Assembly: GCF_009914755.1 (NCBI RefSeq)
Contig: NC_060940.1
Length of the DNA: 64,000 nt
Strand: one strand, 5' to 3'
From: the human T2T-CHM13v2.0 reference genome, Homo sapiens
Shown: positions 45,250 through 64,000 of the stretch, piece after piece
Numbering within the stretch: the stretch's first letter is position 1
Layout: every line of letters begins with the position of its first letter
The notes under the pieces: generated by a model
Told to the model about the DNA's origin: nothing
Seen by the model: the letters and a program-made list of their open reading frames with translations, nothing else
Databases searched by the model: none
Position numbers and translations under genes: made by a program

Positions 45250-46400
45250 AATTCACTAGCGCCAGGCCGCAGGACCAGGGAAAGCAGGCGCCCACCCACG
45301 TGTGTAAAGGGGAGAGACAGCTGAGGCACACGGCCCGCCAGCGACCGTCCCACAGCCCCGGGGAAGTCCGCCGAGCACGCACTCGGGTTCCGGCACCCTG
45401 CGCCTCACGAGGTAACCGCCACACCGCTTCCAAGCCACCCTCCCCAGGAACCACTCACCTGTTCTTTATCCAGCTGCTTCCGTGCTGTCGGGGCCGCTGG
45501 AGTCGAGGTGGAGGTTCCAGTAGCGGCTGCAGAAGACAGCGAGGCCGAGGCCGAATCCTCCATCTTGTTTCCACCTCGTGAAGAGGCGCGTGTGCAACCC
45601 CACTGCTGGCTTCTGGTGCGCACGCGCGAGCAAGCCCGGCCCCGGAAGCGAGGGGGCGGGAACCGAGCCTCTGTGCGTCATTTCCGGGAGAGCGTGGGGT
45701 TTCGCTCTCCGGGGCAGTGGCTGCTGTCAGAATCCCTTCTTTGAGGAGGCACCTGCTCTTCCGCTTTTCTCCAGCTTTCCATGAGCTGTGGGGAGTAGCT
45801 TGGGTGTCCTCTCACTCTTACTAGATAGAAATCAAGAAAGCGCCTTGAGGCGAGAGAAGAGTCCCGTCAGGAGGCCCAGTGGGGTCCTCCACACTCCACG
45901 GTCCCCGCCTCCGGGAAGGCCGCGCGTGGCATGGGCAGAGCGCGGAATCCTGGCTCCACTGCCCACCTGCCAGTTGACTTTAGGCGACGCCAACCCCAGG
46001 CTGGTGAGGAGTCCCTGAAATATAAGGCACGGGAGCCACCCGGAGCCACCCGACCTGCCACGTTAAGCAGCATGAGGGACCGAAAGATGAGTCTGGGCCA
46101 GTCTCTTAGGAGCTTCTGGTCTCGCAGAGAGGCGGGAGGTAAGATCCTGTACAAATAAGCGTGGCTGGTCGTGCGCGTGGCTGGCGTCTGGAATCCCAGC
46201 GCTCTGGGAGGCCGAGGCGGAGGGATTCCAGGAGTTGGAGACCAGTCCGTGCATATACGAGACTCCGTCTCTCCAAAAATTATAAACATTAGCCGGCGTG
46301 GTGGTGCGCGCCTGTAGTCCCGGCTACTTGGGAGGCGGAGGATGGAGGATCTTGAGGAATTCGAGGCTCGGTGAGTTCTGATCCGCGCCACTGCACTCCA
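45250..46400. promoter_or_regulatory. RSL1D1: CpG-island promoter of RSL1D1 (TATA-less, likely bidirectional)
   Basis: High CpG; NRF1-like TGCGCACGCGC (~45617), ETS/GABP CCGGAAG (~45642), GC box GGGGCGGG (~45653), TGCGTCA (~45674), E-box CACGTG (45297-45302), YY1-like AAGATGG over the ATG. Confidence 0.85.
45459..45563 (-). CDS. RSL1D1: RSL1D1 exon 1 coding part (MEDSASAS...LDKEQ); ribosomal L1 domain-containing protein 1 (CSIG)
   Basis: ATG at 45563 in AAGATGG; donor CAG|GTGAGT; nine exons sum to 1473 nt = 490 aa + stop. Confidence 0.98.
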
Positions 46401-46500
46401 GCGTAGGCAGTAGAGTGAGACCTTGTCGCTAAACAAACAGGTTAGGAGTGGAGGCTGGATAACTGACAAATGGAATACCTTAGAACAGGGGAGTCCAATC
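45700..46500 (+). ncRNA. Probable start region of a divergent lncRNA (RSL1D1-DT); extent not determinable
   Basis: CpG island extends ~800 bp upstream of RSL1D1 with ETS/NRF1 motifs typical of bidirectional promoters; recalled annotation, no exon structure seen. Confidence 0.35.
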
Positions 46501-46701
46501 TTTTGGCTTCCGTGGGCCACACTGGAAGAAGAATTGCCTGGGCCCATATATAAAACTAATACTAATGATAGCCGACGAGCTTTAAAAAAAAAATCTAAAA
46601 AAAATCTCGTAATGCTTTAAGGAAGTTTACGAATTCGTGTTGGGCTGTATTCAAAGCCTGGCCTCCAGGGCCGCACGCGGCCCTTGGGTAGGACAGGTTT
46701 G
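46486..46701 (+). mobile_element. MER30 hAT-Charlie MITE
   Basis: CAGGGGAGTCCAATCTTTTGGCTTCC...GGGTAGGACAGGTTTG, near full length. Confidence 0.9.
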
Positions 46702-47310
46702 CTTTGTAATGTCTTCCTCCCACTCCACCCGCCTCCCCAGAGGTACCCTTACCAGTGTCTCCTGGAACCTTCCAGAGATGTTCTAGGCATGTTTAGGAGA
46801 TACTTCTCCTTTCTCTTGTTGGATGGGTTTAATTAATTTTTTTCCTTTTTTTTTTTTTTTGTAATGGAGTCTCGCTCTGTCGCACAGGCTGGAGTGCAGT
46901 GGCACGATCTGGGCTCACTGTATCCTTCGCTTCCCGGGTTCAAGCAGTTCTCTGCCTCAGCCTCCCGAGTAACTAGGATTACAGGCACGCGCCACAACGC
47001 CCGGCTAATTTTTGTATTTTTAGTAAAGATGGGGTTTCACCATCCTGGCCAGGCTGGTCTTGAACTCCTGGACTTCATGATCCACCTGCCTCGGCCTCCC
47101 AAAGTGCTAGGATTATAGGCGTGAACCACCACGGCCAATTTTTTTTTAAAGAGGGAGTCTTGCCCTGACGCCCAGGCTGGAGTGCAGTGATCTTGTCTCA
47201 CTGCAGTCTCTCCCTTTCGGGTTCAAGCAGTTCTCCTGTCTCAGCCTCCCGAGTAGCTGAAACTACAGGCGGACGCCACCATGCCCGGCTACTTTTTTTT
47301 TTTTTTTTGA

Positions 47311-47758
<448 letters not shown>

Positions 47759-47906
47759 TGAGCCACCGCGCCCGGCGTTAATTTTGTATTTTTAGTAGAG
47801 ACGGGGTTTGTCCATGTTGGCCAGGCTGGTCTCGAACTCCTGACCTCAGGTGATCCACCTTGGCCTCCCAAAATGCTGGGATTACATGTGTGAGCCACTG
47901 TGCCCA

Positions 47907-47941
<35 letters not shown>

Positions 47942-48088
47942 AACGGAGTCTGGCTCTGTCACTCAGGTTGGAGTGTAGTGTCATGACTATAGCTTACTGC
48001 AGTTTGGAACTGCTGGGTTCAACAGATCCTCCGGCTTCAGCTTCCCGAGTAGGTAGGACTAAAGGTTCAGGTCACCACGTCCTGCTAA

Positions 48089-48262
<174 letters not shown>

Positions 48263-48759
48263 TAGTAGCCTAGTATACCCATTGTTCCGCACCTTGCTTT
48301 TTCTTCTTAATATACCTTGGAGATTGTTCCAAGTCAGTACACAAAGCTCTGCCTCATCTTTTTAAACGGCTCTGTGGTGTTCCACCATGCAACAACACTA
48401 CAGTTTATTTAGGAACTTTTTTAGGCGCCTTCAGGTTGGTTTCAGACTTTTTGCAACTAGTTATATAAAGTTTTGAGAGATGGAGGAATGAGAGTAATAG
48501 GCTTTCCTTCAATTGCTTTCAAAAGGTGTTCCTTCCATGAAAGGATGTTCTGCTAATCTCTAGTAATAGCCTTGTGTTTAATCAAGTTGTAGAAGAAATG
48601 TTCTGAAATCATTGGCACCTGCTTCCCTTTGTGTATTCTAGAATCTATTAGTAAGAGTGGTTTCCTTTTAGCACAGCTTAATGAATTGTTACACTGGGCT
48701 TTGTTGATCCATGTTTTGTAGTATTCTTGAGAATATGGAGGCTATCAGATGTTCTTTCA

Positions 48760-52300
<3,541 letters not shown>

Positions 52301-52319
52301 TTCCTTTTCAGTAGAGTGC

Positions 52320-55215
<2,896 letters not shown>

Positions 55216-55841
55216 TATTTTGAGTTTGAAGTTCCAATGGTACATCTAAATGGATCTGGAATGTGGAAGAGAATATTCCTGAACTAAAAAGAAGGAAATT
55301 AGAAGTCATTTTCATGGAGGTGATGATTAAAGCTTTGTTAATAGGTGAGATTGCAAAAAAAAAGTCTAGACGAATAATAGAGTTGTAAAGAAACCTTCAA
55401 TAACAAACAAGGAGGAAACAGAGAAATAGTTGAAGATGTAAAAGAAAACCAATTTAGGAGGCTGATGCAGCCGGATTACTTGAGCTCAGGAGTTCAAGAC
55501 TGCCCTGGGCAACATAATGAGATCCTGTCTCTACAAAAAATAGAAAAATTAGATGGGTACGGTGGCATATGCCTGTGTCCCAAATACTCGTGATGCTGAA
55601 ATGGGAGGATTGCTTGAGCCCAGGGGGTTGACGCTACATTGAGCCATGATTGCGCCGCTGCACTCCAGCCTAGGCAACAGAGCAAGACTTTGTCTCAAAA
55701 AAAAAAAGAAAGAAAGAATGAAGGCCGGGCGCAGTGGCTCAGGCCTGTAATCCCAGCACTCTGGGAGGCCAAGGTGGGCAGATCACGAGGTCAGGAGATT
55801 GAGATCATCCTGGCTAACACGACGAAACCCTGTCTCTACTA

Positions 55842-56051
<210 letters not shown>

Positions 56052-56844
56052 TTACAGAAGCCATGAGGGAGTGGAGATATCTGAAGATGTGTTAACACTG
56101 TTAAATATTGAAGGTGAGAAGAATACATAATAATAAAAGACGATATTGTCAGCACCACAAGACAGGGTGAAAAAATTAAAAAATAAATAAATAGGCCAGG
56201 CGTGGTGGCTCACACCTGTAATCCCAGCACTTTGGGAGGCTGAGGAAGGAGGATTGCTTGAGGCCAGGAGTTCTAGACTAGTCTGGATAACATAGTGAAT
56301 CCTCATTTCTACAAAAACCAATGTAATTAATTTCAACATTCGAGTACCCAGGTCTCACTGATACCATGAATACTATTAAGTTGTTTCTCTTGGAAAGTAC
56401 TGAGATATCTCTCTTCAAACTTCTTGAAAATCTTTTTTGGAGGTACATAAAGTTAATTTTATTAGGGATTTGGTAAATCAACTAATTGTAAAGAACATTC
56501 GAATATGTTGCTGAATGCTAAACATAAAGTTTAAGAAACTTCACCCTTAATAATGGAACTCATATTCTAGTTCAAAATAAATATTACAATCAACTAGTAA
56601 CCTTAGAAAACTATTAGACATCGTTTTTTATATAGCACTATTAAATCAGTGGTAACACATGGCCAACTAACAAAAGAAACGCCACATAGTCAATTGGTGA
56701 TGTCTGGATTATCTGAAAGCAATTTAATACTCAGCATATTCTTGGTACTGAAATCTGCTAAGTAATATTAACCTAAACATAATTGAATCAAAGGTAAAAC
56801 AATATTGCCCAAATGTAGAATGTGACATTTTAAGGAAGGTACAA

Positions 56845-56965
56845 AGGACGTGGTGTTTTGGGTCAGAAAGATCAGTCTGAATCCCAACTCCATGATTTAC
56901 TAATTGTTTAGCCTTGGGCAAGGTGGCTTAATCTCCCAAGCCTCAATGTCTTCATCTGTTAAATG
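56845..56965. mobile_element. MIR fragment
   Basis: TGAATCCCAACTCC...CCTTGGGCAAGG...CCTCAATGTCTTCATCTGTTAAATG core. Confidence 0.75.
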
Positions 56966-57412
56966 AAGCTGGTTCCCTCGGATTTAAGAGAATCTATCTT
57001 CACAGTGTCTGTCATGTTCATGATAGCACAAGGTTAGTTCTCTTCTTCCCTTTGCTGAAAATAATACAATCATTATTAAATGGATTGGAAAATGAAATTG
57101 TGCATCTTAGGGGCCAAAAGAGCTTAACTGCATTCAAGCAGGGAAGAAATAGCCAATCAGTAAAGAAACTGATATTTGATTCTGATTTGGGGGCGAGGGG
57201 GTGGAAGGCTGGGGAAGAGAAACAAGAGAAATATGATATTGCCAGAGAAAGAAATGTAAAGAGGTTTTCTGTAGAAAACCTGACTTTATTAACTTAGGTT
57301 TGCTGTTTATTTTTAACTCTTTGTCCTCATACAATCTATGTGGGTTTCACAAGTACACCATTTTGCTGCTAGGTATCATAGTGTACACCAACCCCACTTA
57401 ATACATGATTAA

Positions 57413-57607
<195 letters not shown>

Positions 57608-57961
57608 TAGTAGAGACGGGGTTTCACCGTGTTAGCCAGGATGGTCTCGATCTCCTCACCTTGTGATCCACCCGCCTCGGCCTCCCAAAGTGCTGGGATT
57701 ACAGGCGTGAGCCACCGCGCCCGGCCAGGAATGGAATATTAAGGCCACTCTTAGAAGTGATTTCTACATTTAAAAAAAATAGGTTAAATACCACAAGGTT
57801 AGTTCTCTTCTCCTGCCCTTTGCTGAAAGGGATGCCATTAGTCTCTTTTTATCATTGACGCGAACCAGCTGACAACTTGCAGGACTGTGTTCTTTTAACC
57901 AGTACCAGTATATAACTGGTAAATGTTATGACAACTCAAAGTGCATCTTTGTTCAAACTAG

Positions 57962-58093
<132 letters not shown>

Positions 58094-58328
58094 TAGCTGG
58101 GATTACAGGCAAGTGCCACCATGCCTGGCTAATTTTTGTATTTTTAGTAGAGACGGAGTTTCACTTTGCTGACCAGGCTGGTCTAGAACTCCCGACCTCA
58201 GGCGATCCACCTGCCTCGGCCTCCCAAAGTGCTGTGATTACAGGGGTGAGCCACCGTGCCTGGCAGGAAAGTTTTAAATAGCTACTATGCTATAAAGTAT
58301 TATGCTACGTCATCAATCAGGGATCTAT

Positions 58329-58462
58329 AAAAGGACTTAGAGAAGTTATTCATGCACAGAATTGAATAAATCTACCAAAAAAGAAAAAGAAAAGGACTTA
58401 GAGGAGTTATTCATGCACAGAATTGAATAAATCTACCAAAAAAGAAAAAGAAAAGGACTTAG
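58329..58462 (+). repeat. 61-bp tandem duplication (2 copies + 12 bp)
   Basis: AAAAGGACTTAG at 58329, 58390 and 58451; the units differ by one base. Confidence 0.95.
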
Positions 58463-58655
58463 CCCTGAAGTTTAAAACAGTTATTTAGTAGAGGTGCAAG
58501 TCAGGTTAGTTCTGCAAGTTAGCCCTAGCAACATGAAAGTCACAGGGACAATCCAGTTTTAGAATTGGCACATCATTTAGAAATGGCACCTCAGGCCAGG
58601 CGCAGTGGCTCATGCCTGTAATCACAGCACTTTTGAGGCCAAGGCCGGTGGATCA

Positions 58656-58951
<296 letters not shown>

Positions 58952-59159
58952 TCATGTTATTTCACTACCTATTAGGATCACTACATTATCTGTTTATCCT
59001 TGTTAAGTTTTATAAAAGTAGATGAAGAAGAGGTGAGACTTTTCTCTCTGGTTTTACTTCCTTGCATTAGAGAAATTCAGAAGAAAGGTATTTGCATTTG
59101 CAACTAACCTGTCAAAGAATGCTAATTGGAAAGCAAAATCAAATCTCCCTTCAAGGATA

Positions 59160-59520
59160 GATCATTTGAATTAGAGAATATTCATAAAATGGAGTATTAG
59201 CAAAAAAAAAAAAAAAAATGAGCTGCTGATACACACAACATAATCTCTGAAACGTAATGTGCCAAAGATGACAAAGTTGAGTTCAAGCTATGTGATTCCA
59301 TTTATGCAGAGTTCAAAAACAGACAAAACTGTTATAATAGATGGCAAAACAGTGAATGCCTTGGCAAGAGGGGATTGGTTGGAAAGTAGCAGGAGAGCTT
59401 TCTGGGGTGATGTGTTCTGCATGTTGATGGGGTGTTTACACAGTTGTATACACTTGACAAACTCATTGTAAACTTAAGATCTGTACTTCTTACTGTATGC
59501 AAATTTTACCTTAATAAAAA
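59160..59520 (+). mobile_element. Old L1M 3'-end fragment
   Basis: TGTGATTCCATTTATGCAGAGTTCAAAAACAGACAAAACT...CTTTCTGGGGTGATG...TTTTACCTTAATAAA. Confidence 0.7.
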
Positions 59521-60261
59521 ATCCTCTCCTTTGTCATACAACATCTGTCTTCCGGAACTTCTTTACAAATCATACTCCTAAGAATCTAAATCTTGAAGAT
59601 TTATTTTTTATCCTAAAACCTGATGTATTTGCCAGGGAATTAACAAAGATAGTGATACCGACTGCTTTTAAGTAACTTCTGTAGTTTTAAAAAATTAATT
59701 CATAATAGAGGTACAGATTTTCAGGGTACATGTGATAATTGACACATTCATACAATGTGTACCAATCAAATCAGGGTAATTGGGATATCCATCACCTATT
59801 TATCTCCATGTGGAAACGTTCAAATTATTTTCTTGTATTTGGAAATGTGGAACTTGTGTAGTTGATAAGCAAATACAAAGTCCTTTGGGAGTACTGTGCC
59901 CAGTTAAGTGGGAGGAAATCCTCATTAAAAATTTCAAACTAAATATACAAGGTACAAAACAAGTTAAATATGGTTTTTTTTTTCCATTATGCCCTCTGAA
60001 TTATTTTTACCAGTTGAGTTATTACCAGTAGCTTGACTCCTGACTAAGCTCAAACCAGAGAACAGAACTTTTAGTGAAAATGCTTTAAACATGTAAACTA
60101 ATATTACTGTTTGATGATCATCATTTCCATTGAAGGCAAATGTTAAGGGATCAAATGTGGGCAATGGGATGTTAAGAAAATGTGCAGCTAACAAACATTA
60201 AATGTGACTCATTGCAGATAGAGGAAATTTTTGGCCTTTTTTTTTTTTTTTTTTTTTTTGA

Positions 60262-61321
<1,060 letters not shown>

Positions 61322-61419
61322 TAGCCAGGATGGTCTCGATCTCCTGACACCGTGATCCACCCACCTCGGCCTCCCAAAAAGTGCTGGCATTACAGGCACA
61401 CGCCTCCACGCCCAGCTAA

Positions 61420-61566
<147 letters not shown>

Positions 61567-62169
61567 TAATAGCAAGCTTGGTCCCAAGTTTTAAGCTATG
61601 ATTGGTTTAATGCCAAATACCTAGAGGCTGACTGCCAAAACCTCAAAGCGATTCACCTAAAGACAGTTCAAACAGGAACTTAGTACACAGGAATGAACTG
61701 CTGTCATTCAAGTAGCCACTGTGTATGTTACCTTTATCATTAACTTCTTCTTGCCCTTGCACATTGAATGAAAAGGGCAAGCACTATTTGGTCTCTTGAT
61801 CTTTATTAAAAATCCTGAATGTAGAGGTTCATAGTTCTAATAATAATTGACGTTTCCCCCAACTCTACTGTTCACATAAAACCACATAACTGTGATCTAG
61901 TTATTTATTATTCAGCATCCCTAACTTCCTATAGGGTTCTTATTTTTGTTTCCTAAGGTTGTCGTATACATTATACAAAAGACTTGCATGCCATATGCAA
62001 GCAGATGACGTTTGTGAATCCCTTATGTGACAGAGCTTATTAGATCCATCCAACAAACCTTTTGGTAGATGGTTCCAGTACCTGATACAAAAATAAAAGG
62101 ATTGTACAAAAAAGGGCATGGTTTTTGCTTGTTACAACACAGGTAATTACAAACGACAAATCCTTCAAA

Positions 62170-64000
62170 AGGGAAGATGACAACTTTTATTGTTATTACA
62201 AAAGCAAATTTAATTTGTCATTTGAATAATTGCAAGAGCAGACTAAGGGCTTAATCCTCACACAGGCACCAAGTCAGGCACAGTAGGTAGCTACAAATCG
62301 TAAGAAAAAGCTTTCTTTCCTACCTAGAGCACTCTTCCATGCTTTGGAATTAGGCTAAAAAACTCAACAAACCTGATCAGTTCCCTTTAATCCTGTTTTT
62401 TTTTTTTTTTTTTTAAATGAGATCTAGGTATTAACCTGCTGTCTAGCGAAAACTAGTCACTAAGTCCTGGCCTGAGAGATACCCACATTTCCTTTAGAAC
62501 AAACAGAACTAATACCTGTGTACATTTCTGAGAGCCTGATGTGTGAGTCCTTAAAATGTAGACCTTGCAGGAGGCTTAGACCTCAGTTTCACCTAATGCA
62601 TGTGGAGGAAATGGAGGTGAGAATAGTCACCTGAAGAGTGCAAGCGCTCCAGCTCCAGCACACACACTCTTCCCTGGGCAGCAGGAAAAGGAGGTAACAA
62701 GGACTTGGGCTGACATCTGAAGCACTAAGCTAATGTGCCTGGTAGAGGGGAGCCTCAGGAAGCACAAGATGTCATTCCACCTGTGCTGTCCACAAACCTG
62801 AGGTTTCCACATCGTTTTAAAGGGCACAGTGGCAAATGTGACAAGGCAGAAAACAATAACCATTTCAAGGATCACTTAAGGAATCCTGGTGTTTTCTGCC
62901 TAATCAGAAGTAGTACCAACCTGCTTTTCCCTTATATTGGAGAACATAAAGGTTTTAATTAATCTCCACTCCCACACCTTCAGGCCCTTATAATAATCCT
63001 TAGTAAACAACTCAGCTAGCATTATTGTTTCAAGGAAGCATAGGATTAGAGGTATGTGAGAAGTGTATTTATTGAAGGGAAGACTCAGTAAGTTCTAGGA
63101 TATTAAAGTCAAGAATATCCTAGAGCCAAAAACCACCAAAAGTTGAACCAAATCTACCTGAACTGAACTGATAGTAAACTGGGTCAAATGGAATCCACGG
63201 AATTACTACTGGAAAATAAAAACACTTCCTATTCTTTCTATTCCTATTCATTTACTATGAAACCTAATCTAACCAACTGACTGCTAAATGTAAAGCTAGT
63301 TAAGTCTTTTGTGCATGTGCAATTACACTTACTTAACAAGATGCTGCCATGGCGAGATCTCTCACGAAAGAAACAAGATCAAGGATGTACTAGATGGCAT
63401 CTGCTAGAATCACTGAAAAAGTTAGCTGCAAGAAATAAAAGCCTATTATTTGGAGATAGATAATTGTCCCCTGAATCCACTGGTTGTTCTCTTCCTTACC
63501 TATGTCTGTGAAAGGATTAATGGCACAGTTTGATAAGGTAAGCCAACAATGAATATAACATTTAACCATCCTAAAATCAGAGCTATAGTGCTATAACCAC
63601 ATTTTTCACAAAGGGTTTTAAAGTTGAAAGTTGCCTGATGTTAAGACCTGTAATAAAACTGCGTATTTTCCCCTTGACTACCTTAAATCCCTACCCAAAG
63701 CAATGAAGCTATCATCCATGAAGTAGCAGTCCATGAGGAAGTCCATGCCAGTAAGAAAAGGTGCTAGAGTGCTGTTATGTGTAATAGTCATCAAAGATCA
63801 CGGAGTAATTCCAGTCATTACTAGTGTTCCTGCAGATCGCCAAGGGAGCTTAGCTGATTTTTTTCCAGGTTCATCTTGGGAGCAGTTTTTGATCATAGGT
63901 TCAACTTTTTTCTTGGGTTGCAAAACTGCATCTGGCTGCAAGTCTAACCCAAAATATTCGCAGCGTATCAGCTGAGAGGATGCCGGCAACTGTTGAACTA
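62170..64000 (-). other. GSPT1: Distal 3' UTR of GSPT1 (eRF3a), continuing beyond the window
   Basis: Repeat-free AT-rich stretch with minus-strand AATAAA (62186-62191) and ATTAAA (62209-62214); identity inferred from the known gene order BCAR4-RSL1D1-GSPT1; no coding exon in the window. Confidence 0.65.

Noticed and set aside
45867-46547. Longest ORF (226 aa) upstream of RSL1D1
   Set aside because: Composite of MER30, an antisense Alu and GC-rich island sequence; few stops are expected there.
58329-58462. CRISPR-like or other prokaryotic repeat-spacer array
   Set aside because: Simple tandem duplication with no unique spacers; the sequence is human.
63733-63989. Overlapping short ORFs at the window end
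   Set aside because: No recognisable homology or splice context; within the presumed GSPT1 3' UTR.

Overview
Human (primate) genomic DNA that I recognise as chr16p13.13. It is extremely Alu-dense, with roughly half the window Alu by eye. On the minus strand it carries three genes. (1) BCAR4 (~13.87-22.86 kb), usually annotated as a lncRNA, whose last exon holds an intact 121-aa two-transmembrane ORF. (2) The complete 9-exon RSL1D1 gene: the CDS 45563->31838 reassembles to 1473 nt (490 aa), all introns are GT-AG, and there is a ~4 kb repeat-rich 3' UTR and a CpG-island promoter. (3) Probably the distal 3' UTR of GSPT1 (~62.17 kb to the window end). Other elements are solo LTRs (MER51-, MER21-, MER4-family, LTR14B, MLT1), DNA transposon fossils (Tigger3b, MER6, MER47, MER30, MER3, MER5) and L1/L2/MIR fragments. 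Almost all entries in the ORF track are Alu artefacts. The most interesting observations are: the motif content of the BCAR4 microprotein; splice-bounded, stop-poor unique segments between BCAR4 and RSL1D1 that may be a decayed unannotated gene, part of it tandemly duplicated; an Alu-Alu dimer apparently assembled at 17 kb and re-mobilised as one unit to 9 kb; and a possible Alu-tail poly(A) switch controlling inverted Alus and an HERV-K LTR in the RSL1D1 3' UTR. Repeat family names come from recalled consensus sequences and should be confirmed with RepeatMasker/Dfam.
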